A stretch of 64,000 nucleotides of DNA, taken from Cetorhinus maximus. Lineage: Eukaryota. Each line of letters starts with the position of its first letter. The stretch's first letter is position 1. The stretch lies in assembly GCF_964194155.1 (NCBI RefSeq), contig NC_135887.1, forward strand, positions 14,632,001 through 14,696,000. The letters are read 5' to 3'. The notes below the pieces were generated by a model that saw nothing but the letters and a program-made list of their open reading frames with translations, was not told the origin of the DNA and searched no databases. A program made the translations under genes and the position numbers. Of the stretch, positions 1 through 12,975 are shown piece after piece.

Positions 1-832
1 GCTACATGGCCAGCGTTGCTGAGGAGATTGTACAACGTGTGCAGTCCAACTGCTCTGCGGTCCAATAAAGTGGTGGCGGTCTCGAAGTCTGTGCTGGCGG
101 GGGTGGGGGGGTAAGGTATGGAGCGTTTGGTGGCCCTTTGGTGCCTCTGCGTTGTTTGCATGGGTGGGCGGGCTAGGAGCCTGACCGCAATCATATTACT
201 GTGGCTGCGCCTGATCTGTCTTAGTTGCTGAGGCATGGTCAGTTTATACAGGTGTCCCTAATGCGTGGCCACTCCCCTCATTACCCTGCCCCCCCACCTC
301 AATTGCCAATGCGCAGGATGCAGCTCCAGGGCAGCACAGGACCCCCACCCCCTACACCCACAACGGTCACCTCTGAGGCTGGACAGCACTTGCCCTCGGA
401 CACACCCCCCTCAGCAGTCGCCTCTGAGGTTGGCCAGCATCTGCCTTGAACTCCTGGCGTCCCTGAGGCCTGTAAACAATAAACGAGCTGTGGAGAACGC
501 TGCTGCTTGCTCACCTCAGTTCCTCCATAATGAAGGCCGCCAAGTGCACGTTGCCTGCGTGCTATTGCGAGACACGTCGGCGTGCTTTCCCACCGATGTG
601 GACAGGATGATACGGCGGGGTTCCAAGAGCCTGGTGGGATGGCCTTTTAGTTATATGCTGATATTTTACAATTAGCTCCCCGCTGCCTGATGATGGGAAA
701 GGCGGCCCGCCGTTGATAGGCTGAGCGAACAATCGTGATCTGCCTTCCCGCCGCTGTAAAGCAGCTCACGCCATATTTTCCACGCACATCACCTATCATG
801 CCGGCCACCAGCACGCTCAGAAAATTCCACCC
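1..832. mobile_element. Right part of a probable Harbinger-like DNA transposon remnant
   Basis: GC-rich block ending in AAAATTCCACCC, similar to the terminal repeat of the 7415-8121 element; left end is outside the window. Confidence 0.5.
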
Positions 833-1069
833 ACACTCTCTCTCTGATGCAAGGCATGCCACTTGCTAACAAGCCTAGGGCAGACTGCTAGAGGCTCACG
901 GTGAGCCAACTCGCTTTACCCAACAATAGTGAAGTCTGTCCGCTCCCCTCAGCCCATGATCGCCAATGCAAGTAGCAGGATGGTGAGTGGCTTGGAGGGA
1001 AACTTGCAGTTGGCTCACTGGTTGTTTGAATGAGTAGCCAGGGCCACAGGTTAAAAGGTGTCAGTGATG

Positions 1070-1428
1070 GTTCTGGTGCTAGCAGTCTGACCTCTGGGTT
1101 AGACGGTTGTGGGTTCAAGTCTCACTCCCATCCAGACAGACACTCCAGGAAAGTGCTGACCTACCAGAGATGCCGCCTTTGGATGTATAAGATCCCGCGA
1201 GGTTATTCTGAAGAAGAGCAGGTGAGTTACCTTTCATATCCTGGCTAATATTTATCCCTCAATCAACATCACACAAAATGGATTCTGGTCATTATCACAT
1301 TGTTTGTGGGAGCTTATTGGGTGCAAACTGGCTGTGGCATTTGCCATATTCCCACTTCAAAAGTATTTCGTTAATGATGCGGCTTTAGGACTTCAGGTGG
1401 TCATGAAAGGTGCCATATAATTGCAAAT
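1070..1428 (+). mobile_element. SacSINE1/DeuSINE-like tRNA-derived SINE
   Basis: B-box GGTTCAAGTC, Deu-domain-like GAAGAAGAGCAGG…TTTATCCCTCAATCAACATC, L2-like tail. Confidence 0.75.
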
Positions 1429-2059
1429 ATTTAAATTTTGGTATGGCTATGAGGTGGTTTTAAAAGTACCAGCCCACCATGCTGAGACTGGAGGAATTGT
1501 AGTCCACACACGCACGCTTACGGCTAGCTTCTTACCTCAATAATGACAAGTTAGACACAATGACAGGAAATAGATAGAGACAGTTCCGCCTGGCACTGCT
1601 CTGGGCTCCACCCTATCAGCTGGTTTCATTGTCACACCTTCAGAATCAGTCCTCGGCTCTCACTCCAGACAGCGCAGAGAGACATCACAAACTGAATTAA
1701 AAAACAGACCATGGTTGGATGTTGGAGGGAAGATGCTGGGCATTTCCCAGGGCCTCACTCCACACATTCCCATTCTCTCTTAATAACTCAGCAAGCTTGA
1801 TGGGGAGAGGAGTTTCAGGAAAACCTCGGCTAGTTCCCAAAAGTGAAGTACAGAAGCTGAGCACAGGGCCCCGCTAACTGTAAATCCCCCACTGGCAGTG
1901 GGAGTAATGCAGACATTCCTAATTTGGAGGCCCTGCCTTTTGAAGTTCCTCCTTAGCTCCTGAAACTCGGACTGCAGGACCTTTTCCTTCCAACATTCCT
2001 GGTTTCCATTTGGACCAAAACCATTTGGGGGGAGGAGGCATTCTCCCCCCCCCCATCAA

Positions 2060-2330
2060 AATGTTCTGCACCCTCTCAGTGATGCCCTTTATCTGGGCAC
2101 CAGAGGGGCCACACACCGCAGAAGTGCCTGTCTATCCCCTTGACTAATGAATCCCCTATGACCACTGCATTTGCATGGGGGGGGGAATGGGGGGATGTGC
2201 AGGGGCACAGCAATGTAGAAGTCATTTGCACCATAGTGCCATGGGTATACTCCACCTTGCACTCTCCCAAGCCGTCAGTCGTCGACCTCACCAGCATTCA
2301 GCCAGTTTGAGAGTGCCACACTGCCAGAGG
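2060..2330 (-). mobile_element. CR1 ORF1 (esterase-like) fragment
   Basis: AVVIGDSLVKGIDRHFCG, the SGNH/GDSL-type block found in CR1 ORF1. Confidence 0.7.
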
Positions 2331-2777
2331 ATTCCTCTACTACCTGCTAGTGGAGGGAGGCAGAGTTGTCTGTGCAACTACTAGGAGCTGTCTTGTGGAC
2401 ACCAGGCATTCAGAAACTGAATAAAACCAGCAGCAAATAAAAGTGGCCATAGCTCCCACAGTCTTCCCTTCAACATGTACCTCCCATTTATTCTGCCCTC
2501 CTTCTGTCTCCAGGAGATCAGTCATGTCACAGTTTCCTAGCTTGCTCAAGCACTGATTCTTTCTACAATAAACACCAGGATGCAATATGACTTTGGAAGT
2601 CTTCACCCGTGACAATGCTACCTTTACCTATACACCATTCCAGCATGAGGCACTGGGTGATCAATTATAGGGTCAACGAGTCTGCCGGTGAAATAGGGAA
2701 GCTGGATTTAATAGTGCACATGCTAGACGAAGTTCTTCTAGAATTAAACCAACACAACATAAGGGCAGCTGTTGGAG

Positions 2778-2876
2778 CTCAAGTTAACCTCTGTAGTAAT
2801 AGTGATCTGCCTCAATTTAGCCTCTGTAGTAATAGTGATCTGCCTCAAGTTAGCCTCTGTAGTAATAGTGATCTGC
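2778..2876. repeat. 33-bp tandem repeat, 3 copies
   Basis: CTCAAGTTAGCCTCTGTAGTAATAGTGATCTGC starting at 2778, 2811 and 2844, with at most 2 mismatches between copies. Confidence 0.97.
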
Positions 2877-3200
2877 CCAAGGGTAGGTCTTCTGCTCATT
2901 TCTCCACCTCTTGCGGTCTTGTGCTTTCCTCTTCAGTTGCTCGTGGGAGCCTTCCATTTTCAATTTCAGTGAGTAATATGACTCAAAGAATACAGGAGGT
3001 GGTTTCCCCTTGCCTTCTTCATGCATTCTTAAAGGAAAAGCAAGTCCTCTTCCCGAAGGATCTTCCACCTGTCAGCAGCAGTTGTCCCTCGAGGTTCTAG
3101 CTCTTATACCTTCACCATCAATAAATTGCTGGTTCCACCATTGGCCATGTCTAGTAACCCTGAGCATGGGACTCTTACCCTTGGAGAGACTAGCAGGAGG
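2778..3200 (-). mobile_element. Probable 3' end of an RTE-clade-like LINE with tandem-repeat tail
   Basis: ORF 2850-3068 ends in …HEQLKRKAQDRKRWR…, resembling the LA(Q)DRxxWR C-terminal motif of RTE ORFs; followed by three 33-bp repeats. Confidence 0.5.
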
Positions 3201-3329
3201 GCAGAGACATTTATCCTGAGATCTCAAATGATCCTGCAATAACAATTTTTTGCATGCCAAGATGATAAATAAATGTCCTCCAGGGAAATGGCATGTGATG
3301 AGACAGGCCATCTAGGAGAGAGCTAGAAA

Positions 3330-5250
3330 ATATGTCTCCATGTAAAAGGTGGTAAACATGAGCAATTTTATACCACAAAAAGCAAGATGCTAGCTCAATT
3401 AATAAGGTTTAATCTGAATTGATGGTACCCTTGGCTAGCACAAATTTAAGGGATATGGAGCGAAGATGGGTGAACGGAATCAGGGTCCTTTAAGCACACA
3501 ATAGGAAGGATCCTGATCAGCCATGATTTTACTGAATGGCAGAACAGGCTTGAGGGGCTGAATGGCCTACTCCTGTTCCTATGACATTATCACTGGACTG
3601 CCAGAGAGGAGAAAGCACAGAATGCAACTCCTTCAAAATTTTAGATAAACTAAATTTTCTTTTAATCTAATCTAAAAAAAAAGGATCTCAATGGCCTTAA
3701 ATTCAGTGTAAGGTTAGCAGTGGCATTGATACCCACTAAACTAAGATCAAAGCAAGTACATTCATAATCAAAACCAACTGTCTTCATACAAAATTAACTT
3801 CAACCAACCCTCTTAGAATTAGAAAGTGCATTTGAACTCACTGTGGGCTGTAACTTTGTAAATAAAGTACAATAACTGAAAAGAATACTGAATATCTATG
3901 AGATCATTTATATTGGAGTGTAATACAAGTGTCTATCCACATACTTAATTATGCATAAAATCAAATGTTGTGAACTGTCTAGGTGTCAAGGCAGATAAGC
4001 CATGATTTAATTAGAAACAAATAAGTTGCTTTATAATTAGGAACAAATGTTCATTTGCATTACAAGAGCATCCAATGTTCATAGAATCGAAAGAAAAATC
4101 TTCATATCAACCACTTAACTAATTAAAATTCATATATAGATCAAATTCAGGCTCTAATGAATTGCAATAAACTTGGTACAAAATCTATTTCTTGTCATTT
4201 TTTATATTAGTTCCAACTTGCCTTACAATGAAAGCTGAATTGTTGACAAACTAAGTGTTTTTTCTTCAAGCATCTGAAGCACATGCTTAGACTTCCACCA
4301 TCAAGTTCTTTGGGAAAATAATTTCCTATTGGTGCAATCCCCTCAAATTGATTTTTTACTGCCCTTGGGACTTTCACACTAAATTACAAATATAAAAGCC
4401 AAGAGATAATGTTGAGCCTAGATAAAACCTAAAACATCCTCAGTTAAGAGTGTTATGTGCAGAATTGGGTTTCACACTTTAAGAAGGATAGAAGCTAAGA
4501 AGAGGGTACAAATCTGATTCACTACAATGCTACTTACTGTGACATAATACAATAATGAAGACAGACTTTAAAAAGTTACAGCTATTTTTTGTTAGAACAA
4601 TGCAGATTAGGGAAGAGTTTAACATTATGGAAGGATGTACATGGTTGATAAGAGCAGGCTGTTTCCAGCAGCGGAGGATTTTAGAATGAGGGATCTTTTA
4701 TATATAAAATTAAATGTGATAGATTTGGAGCACAGAGTTATGAAGCTGTAAAAAAATCACTTCCAGGATTAGTGATTGAAGCAGAAACTATGCTGTCATT
4801 CAAGATTGTGCAGGTGGATAAAGGAGGGCAAAATGTGTTTAGGGTTATTTGCTTGTGTGAAGGGTAAAAGTTGAGTCGTTGGGCTGAACAGCATGTTTTG
4901 GTGTTGCAATTGCCTATGTATTTCTATGATTCTCTTTCACGCCCCTCTGAGTAATGTCTTATTTTTATTACCCACTTCATCAGGTGGTCTCCATAAAAGA
5001 TTAGAAAAGGGAATTCAGGAGAAACTTCTTTTACCAAGTGGTAAGAATATGGAACAAGGAGTAGTTGAGGCAAATAGCATAGATGAAATTACGGGAAGTT
5101 AGATAAGCACATGGCGAAGAAATAGATAGATATGATGATAGGGTTAGATGGGTTGGTGGGGGTGAGGAGTGAGGGTTGTGTGGAGAAATCACACCGGCAT
5201 AGACTAGTCAGGGCAAATGGCTTGTTTTTGCTCCAACTACTCTGTCCCAT
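3330..5250 (+). mobile_element. Scattered old CR1 3' fragments (~3330-3585, 4340-4930, 5000-5250)
   Basis: CR1-type tails such as GAATGGCCTACTCCTGTTCCTATG and TTCTATGATTCT. Confidence 0.6.
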
Positions 5251-5904
5251 CAATGCAATCAACCACAATTTCATATATGCATTCCTCTTCCTACTGTCAC
5301 CAGTGTTGATTTCACTATTATCCCGTAGTGAATTGAGAGTTTATATTGGTACCAACAACATAGGTAGAAAGAGGGCTGTGGTCTTGCAATCAGAATTTTA
5401 GGAGCTAGGTAGGAAATTAGCAACCAGGACCTTAAAAGTAGTAATCCCCAAATTATACCCGGTACCATGATCAAATGAGGAGAGAAATAGGAGGAGAGAG
5501 CAGCTGAATGCATGGTTGATGGGACAGTGCAAGAGGGAGGACTTCAGATTCTTGGGACATTGGGATCAGTTCTAGGGGAGATGAGACTTGTACAGGCTGA
5601 ACGGATTGCACCTAAACAGAGTCAGGACCAATTTCCTTGCAGGGCAATTTGCTGGAGCTATTGGGGATGGTTTAAACTAACTTGGCAGGGGTGTGGGAAT
5701 CAGGAGGTAATACTGGAAAGGTGGAAAGAATATTGGGAGAGACAGATAGTACTAGAGTAGGAAATAGTAAGGTATTAGGTGGGTTCAGCTAAGAGGGAAT
5801 ATAATAAAGTCTAAATTAGGGTTAAAGAGCATATTTGTGAATGCGTGGGGTGTGGCAAATAAGATTGGTGAGTTGCAGATGCAGATAGCCATGTGGAGAT
5901 CTGA

Positions 5905-6305
5905 CTTTTTTTTTCCCTTTATTCTTTCATGGGATGTGGGCATCACTGGCAAGGCCAGCATTTGTTGCCCATCACTAATTGCCTTTGAATTGAGTGGCTT
6001 GCTGGCCATTTCAGAGGTCAGTTAAGAGTCAACCAGATTTCTGTGAATTTGGAGTCATGTGTAAGCCAGACCAGGTAAGGATGGCAGATTTCCCTCCTTA
6101 AAGCACATTAGTGAACCAGATGGGTTTTTATAACAGTCGATGATGGTTGTCACCATTACCAAGAATAGCTTTATATTCCAGATTTATTAATTGAATTTAA
6201 ATACCGTCAGCTGCCGTGGTGGGATTGGAACCCATGTCTCCAGAGCATTAGCCTGGGCCTCTGGATTATTAGTCCAGTGATATTACCACTATACCACCAT
6301 CTTCC
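5905..6305 (-). mobile_element. tRNA-derived SINE with LINE-derived tail, inserted in a CR1
   Basis: Minus-strand head GGTGGTATAGTGGTAATATC…GGGTTCCAATCCC; tail shared with 11025-11125, 48790-48865 and 60250-60312. Confidence 0.75.
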
Positions 6306-7414
6306 CTGATAACAGAGACCTTGTTCAAAGAAGGGTAGAACTGGCTAAAATTATTCCTGGATACTAGGTGTTCAGGAAAGATAGAAAGAAAGGAACTGAG
6401 GAGGGTGAAAATATTGATTAAGGAGAACCTTGCACTGCTGGAGAGAGAGAGGATGTCCCAGAGGGGTCAAGGACAGAATCTATTTGGCTAGAGCCAAGGA
6501 ACAAAAAAGGTGCAATTTCATTGTAGTCTACAACACACCAACTGGGAGGGTTGGAGGGGGATGGTGTGGGGGAAGATGTAGAGGAACAAATTTACAAGGA
6601 AATTATGCAGAAGTGCAAGAATTAGAACATAGATAGAATGGGGGACTTTAATTATCCGGATATAAACTGGCATAGTAGTGTAAAGGGCAGAGAGGGGAAA
6701 GAGTTCCTAGAGTGTGACCATGAGAATTTTCTACAGCAGTATGTTCCTAGTCCAACGATGAAGGAGGCATTGCAGAAGCTGGTTCTTGGGAATGAGATGG
6801 GCCAAGTGTATCAAGTGTCAGTAGGGGAACATTTAGGGAATAGTGATCATTGTACCATAAGATTTCAGTTAGCTGTGGAGAAGGACAAGGAGTAATCCAA
6901 AATAAGAATAATTTACTTGGGAAAGCCAATTTCAATGAGGTTAGAATGGATCTGGACCAGATAAATTGGAATCAAAAGATTAGCAGGCAAAACCATAACT
7001 GAACAATGGGCTACCTTAAAAGGAGAGTTCCAAGTACAGTCAAGGTATATTCTCACAAAAGGGAATGGTAAGGAAAACAAATCTAGAGCTCCCAGGTTGA
7101 CAAAAGAGATGGAAATTAAGACTGTTTATGGCTGATATCAGATGGATAATACAACCAAGAACCAGGCTGAATATAGAGAGGCAATTGAAAAAAACAAATA
7201 AGAGAAGCAAAGAGAGAGTATGGGAAGAGATGGGCAGCTAACATAAAAGGGAATTCCAAAGTCTTCCACAGGCATATAAATAGCAAAAGGGTGGTAAAAT
7301 GAGGGGCGAGGCTGATCAGGTACCAGAAAGGGGATTTACGCATGGGTGCAGGGGCATGCTGAGGTAATAAATTCACATCTAGCATCTGTCTTTATCAAGT
7401 TTCAGGAAGACATA

Positions 7415-8121
7415 GGGCAGAATTTTCTGCATGCCGGGCGGGCGGGCCCGACCCAATCCCTGGCGGGCGGGGAGATGATCCCCGCCGGAGAAACAGGTCC
7501 CGCCGCCATTTTACGTGGGTGGGCCAATTAAAGCCCGCCCAGCGTGACGTCTGGCGGGAAGCACTATACGCTTCCTGTGCGGGCGGGGTGGGGGGGGGGG
7601 GGGGGGTGTGTGGATTCCCCAAAAGCGAGAGTGCACACAAAAGAGCGCACATCTCCCTGAGGCTAAGTGCTGCCTCAGGGAGATCGCTGACACTTTTAAA
7701 AAGATTAAAAATAGAAAAAAAAAATTCCCTAACATGTCCCCCTCATGTGACAATGTCATATGAGATGGGACATATTCATAAATTACACTAAAATTTTATT
7801 AAACTTTTTAAATCCCTACATGAAACCTCATCCCGCCGCTGGATGTGGTTTCATGTTTTCTCTATTTGCCACCGGAGCTCCTGGCCTGCCCCTTAAGGTT
7901 GGACGGGCAGGGCCTTTAATTGTTTTAATGATCCTGTCAACGGCCTCAATTGGCCATTGACAGGTCGGCGTGTGCACAGCTAATTTCGTTGTGCCCCCGC
8001 CTTCCTGAAGATTTAAATGGGGCGGGGTGACATCAGGGGTCCCGCCCGACGTCATCCCGCGTCATTTTACGCGTCGGCGAGCGGGCACCACCCCCTGCTC
8101 ACAGACAGCAAAATTCTGCCC
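7415..8121. mobile_element. Non-autonomous DNA transposon (PIF/Harbinger-type MITE) inserted in a CR1
   Basis: Terminal inverted repeat GGGCAGAATTTT…AAAATTCTGCCC; 3-bp TSD ATA at 7412-7414 and 8122-8124; GC-rich interior, no transposase ORF. Confidence 0.8.
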
Positions 8122-8170
8122 ATAATTTTCATAATATTATTGAAATTTATTGTACAGTAATAGTGGGGTC

Positions 8171-8202
<32 letters not shown>

Positions 8203-11200
8203 TGTATGTTGTGGGGGGACTTAATTGAATTAAGGGCAGCTGGTCTGAAATCTGGGCTTTATCAATAGAGGCAGCGTACAAAAGCAAGGAAGTTACGTTA
8301 AACCTGTATAAACACTGGTTCAGCCTCAACTGGAGTATTGCATCCAGTTCTGGACACCACACTTTAGGAAGGATGTGAAGCAAAATGCCCGAGAGGGCGC
8401 AGAAAAGATTCACGAGAATGGTCCCAGGAATGAGGAACTTCAGTTACGGAGAAAAATTGGCAAAGTTAGGACTGTTCCCCTTGGAGAAGAAAAGGTTGAG
8501 AGGAGATTTGACAGAGGTGTTTAAAATTATGAGGAGTCGGGACAGAGTAGAAAGGGAAAACCTGCTCCCATTGGTGGAAGGATCAGGAACAAGAGGGCAC
8601 AGATTTAAGGTAATTGGCAGAAGAAGCAATGGCGACATGAGGAAAATCTTATTCAAACATCGAGTGGTTAAGATCTAGAACTGCCTGAGAGTGTGGGGGA
8701 GGGAGGGTCAACTGAGGCTTTCAAAAGGGAATTGGATTATTATCTGGAAAGGAAAATTTTCCAGGGCTTTCGAGAAAAGGCAGGAGAGTAAGACCAGTTG
8801 AATTGCTCCTTCAGAGGGCCAGCACAGACAAGATGGACCGAATGGCCCCCTTTGGTGCTGTAGCCATTCTATGATTCTATTTTAAATTATGTTTAGATTA
8901 TCACTGACTTATTTCCAATAACAACAGGGTTGAAACTGCCCGAATCATAGAAATATAAAATATTGTAACCAATGGGAAAAGCTTTCATTCCATCACTCTG
9001 AACCATAAGCCAGCCATGAAATTTGAATCTACCATTCACCATCCAGTGCCCCTGCTATAATTATATAATTGGTGATCCTTTCCCTTTATAATGTGTATGC
9101 ACAAAGCAGGAAATGAGGTCACCCAGCTTTGTGCAATGAGTTACATCCGATTTGTATTGTACGCCACAATTTTAAATATTGCTGATGTGATCAAAGAAGG
9201 TAGAAAAGTGAACAGAGATGCATGCTAAAATTGCAACCACATCTATATCGTTCTGGGAGTGGACCTTCCCGTGGAATGTTTCCTGAATGTTCATTCAGCA
9301 ATTCTGAAGTCACATTTCTGGCTTGAATGGGTGGTCAGAGAGCTTAAAAATCTGCCATCAGCAATCTTTAGGTTCGCTAACAGTGGCTTGGGGAGACAAA
9401 GCTCTGGCGTATCTTTGTGCTGCGAGTGGTAGCTAAACTATTTTATTTATTAAACACTGGATTATACTCCTTACAAGCAACTTAACATCCTCTAAAAGCT
9501 ATAACAAAGCACTAAGACATCACAACTGAGCGTGAAGATCTCAAAGCACTTCACCTGTTCTTTAAGAGCAATAACCACGTAAGTTTTATTGCTGTTAGAA
9601 TTACTGCACTTTTTTGCCTATTCTGATGTGCTCTGCCATTACCTAAAATCAGAGGGTCATTTTTAATCTAATGAGCATGACTGGATGTTCTGCTAAATAC
9701 TCAATGTGCACATCTGTTGATGTATTTCTGTAGAAAAATACAGCACATTCTGCTCTGACTGATAGTGTTAAGTCCTTGGTTGTGCACAGTTTTATATTTG
9801 GAAAGCTTGTACTGTAGGTTTATTACAATGAATAGGAATGACCTAGAGAAAAGATCAGTCAGCACAAACTGAATCTTCCTTCCTGAGTTCAGACTTTTAA
9901 GCATTTGTACGGGAGACAACGATAGAGTTCAAAGCCGGAGACTCCAGTAAAATACATTGGCTGAGCAGGGGGTAGGGCTGCTGATGAATCATTTTTGTGT
10001 TGCAGTGAGTTCCCAGCAGGAACCAAATGAATGGAAACTGTAACCACAGCACATGAATGAGCTGCAAGAACATGTATTACTGCCCATGAAGTGTGCAATG
10101 CAATAGTGAAAAGGTTTTTTTAAAAAATTGATCATCACCTATAATTGCTGTTTTGTGGATTAGGTGGAAGGTGGGAAAAGAAAAGATACAATGCTCTTAA
10201 ATTATTGTAAAATGAGAACTTTCTAACTTAATCTGGAGAATGTGGTTTCGTTCAACATATTTCAAACATCCACCGAATACTTCATTCAGTTTCCAGTGTT
10301 GTAGTTTATTTGTCGTATCTTTTGAAAGGTGCAACATGATTTTATCCAAAATGGTGTCAGAAATGTTTAACTTTAAAGACTGGATTGCCACAAAGAATTA
10401 TAGACCTAAATAATTTATACAATTCAGGTAGCAAAAATCATAGATTTGTACAGCAAAAGCACAGACCATCAAGTCCAAGTCAGTGTCTTTCCCCATGAGC
10501 CACATAGTCTAATGGCCCTCTTCTGTATACATGGATTTCTTGAGCCTTCCTGTTTGCCATGCTTAGTTCCACGCTTTTATGCCAGTGGGTAACACCTCAA
10601 AGTAACGTCTAAAGAGTAATTGTAATACTGCCACTTTCTGTTCAGTCATCCTGCCATTGGTGATGCTGTGGTCTTAGTTGCCCAGATTTGCTTGTTATTT
10701 TAGTCTGTCGTTAACAAATGCAGCAACAACAGCAAAAGAATCATTATTCCCAAACAACTGAACAATACCAGGGGAGACTCACCTGTTCCCTTTAATCATA
10801 TCCTTCAAAATAGATGACCAAGAATTATAAATGTACCTCATCATTCATGAACAAAGAAATAGCTCCGTAGTTTGTATAAAATATCATGTTCTGAAAAAGG
10901 CCCATTTATTTTCTTTTCTTTTAAAGCATATATGTGTATCCTCATTTATCCAGTGCTCCTACCCTGCCAGACTGGTCAAACTCCAAATCAGGTGATATGA
11001 CACAGCGTGCTTTTTGCTTTTCTTCTATTCATTTGTGGGATACCAGTGTACCAGTGTCATTGGCAAAGCCAGCATTTATTGCCCAATCCCTAAATGCCCT
11101 TGGAAAAGTGATGGTGAGCCACTTTGATTCATTACATTCCGTGTTGTTACAATCTCTGCAGAGACTAATAAATTCAAAAAGAAAATTTGAACTTCCAGTT

Positions 11201-11289
11201 AATAACTGAAAGAATGACACAAGATTTCATGTTTTAAAACTTTTACTGTAACAAATGACCAACAAAAAGCACTATGACTAAACCTTATT

Positions 11290-11545
11290 TTGAGTATTGC
11301 TGAAAAAAAGAGGTGCTTGACGGTTAACTGTCAGTCACAATCAACTGGTGCACTCTCCATGGCAATGCCTCTACCAATCTGGGTCCACTTCCCAAACAAT
11401 CATCACTCTTTTCTCATATAGTATAAATATAATTGACATCGGTATTTTCTTGCGAATTGTCCTGATGAGTGCAAGATGAAAATCTTTGCCAAAAAATCTT
11501 TTTTTCAGCAATACTCAAGTTCTGTACTACCAAATGACAATTTGT
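11290..11545 (+). mobile_element. Fragment of a second, sequence-unrelated probable PLE family with inverted ends
   Basis: Perfect 22-bp inverted repeat at 11290-11311 and 11497-11518; CTGATGA…GAAA core at 11462-11482. Confidence 0.55.
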
Positions 11546-12399
11546 AAACTCTATTTTCTTTTTGTAGGCAACTTATACTTTAACTACAGAAAGGAACATT
11601 TCCCTTGTATACGCCTCACACGTCACACTCTCTGCGGAATGACAATCCTTATGGCAAACAGTCTACAGTTGCTCCCAGCTTCTAATGGCTTTGCATTTCC
11701 CCATTTCATCAAGTAGTAACTTTGAGTGACTGCTTCCAGGTGCTTCCCTTAGTTTTTGGAGACTTTCCCAAATCCACTTCCAGCAGTGAAGCCTGTTCCA
11801 ATGATCCTTCTTTTCTGGCCATGCCAGGATGAATCTTCCACAATCCTTAGATGGCTGTCCCTTCAACTATAAACTGTCTCCCTCCCACATTCAGCTGCTG
11901 CAGCTCACAAAGCCAAGCAGCCTCTTCTCTCTGCTGACCATTCAAAACTGCTGTCTGCAATATTCATTGATTTGTAGGGAAGCCTGTAACCTAATCTCAA
12001 AAGTGGCTTCCTTTACCCTCTTCCCCATGGCAACATGAAATACATTATCCTTGAACCAAGTAGAAATGCTGATTAGCTATTCTTCAACCCAACTTTCTTT
12101 CATCTTAGAAGTAAATGGACAGTTTGCAGAACAACTGTTTAAAACTCAATACTTTCAACACTTTTCTGGAACTTTTGGTGACTCCAAGTCACTATTGTGA
12201 ACTCAGACTGCTTCCATTGTCTCAAACCATGAACATCTTACACCATCACCTCAGCAACACAATCTGGGTCTCCCTTTGATATTTAACTGCCCCAGACACG
12301 TTAACAAGCAGAGCTCAGAACTGGTCACATGGCTCCCTCCATTTTACGTTAAAGACACAGTTCCAAAGCATAACAGTCTTATGAGCCTCATAATTGTAA

Positions 12400-12975
12400 C
12401 AGAGTGGTATAGATACACCCACAGTGCTGTTATGGTAGGTGTTCCAGGATTTTGATGCTGTGATGGTGAAGAAACAGTGATATGGTTCCAAGTCAGGATG
12501 ATGTGCAACTTGGAGATGAACTTGCAGGTGATGGTGTTCCATGCGTCTACCGCTCTTTTTCTTCTAGGTGGTACAGGTCTCGGGTTTGGAAGGTGCTGTT
12601 GCAGAACATTTGGCAAGTTGCCGCAGTACATCTTGCACTCATCCAGGCAAGCGGAGAGTATTCTGTCACACTCCTGACTTGTGCCTTTTAGATGGTGGAC
12701 AGGATTTGGGGAGTCAGGTGGTGAGTTACCCTCCACAGAATCCCCTGCCTCTGATCTGCTCTTGTAGCCACAATATTTCTGTGGCTGGTCCAGTTAAGTC
12801 CCTGGTCAGTGGTGACCCCAGATGGCTGGGGATTCAGTGATGGTAATGCCACTGAGTGTTAAATGGAGGGGGTTTGGATTCTCTCTTGCTGGAGATGGTC
12901 ATTGCCTGGCACTTGTGTAGCGGAGTGTTATCCACCGCATATCAGCCCAAGCCTGAATGCTGTCCAGGTCTGTTG
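12400..12975 (-). mobile_element. CR1-group LINE 3' fragment
   Basis: Same family as 48150-48780 and 60070-60312 (TTTCKFPSKSHIILIWKCI-like end). Confidence 0.75.

Larger units (their letters stand above)
5325..8880 (+). mobile_element. Fragmented CR1 LINE (ORF1 end, APE endonuclease, RT C-terminus) with nested SINE and MITE
   Basis: YIGTNNIG (ORF1); MGDFNYPDINW…HLGNSDH (APE); AQKRFTRMVPG…RLRGDLTEVFKI; ATTCTATGATTCTAT tail. Confidence 0.9.

Noticed and set aside
2778-2876. 33-bp repeats as a CRISPR array
   Set aside because: The repeats are directly adjacent with no spacers, there are no cas genes, and the context is vertebrate.
3770-3800. Possible SGSM2 exon 2 (TGTCTTCATACAAA resembles the reverse of FVHED)
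   Set aside because: Flanks do not encode VKQIMEEAVTRK or SSHII and splice sites are missing; exon 2 is probably left of the window.
6200-6305. tRNA gene (A/B-box-like sequence; also at 1070, 21700 and 43655)
   Set aside because: No complete cloverleaf; each continues into a SINE body and tail.
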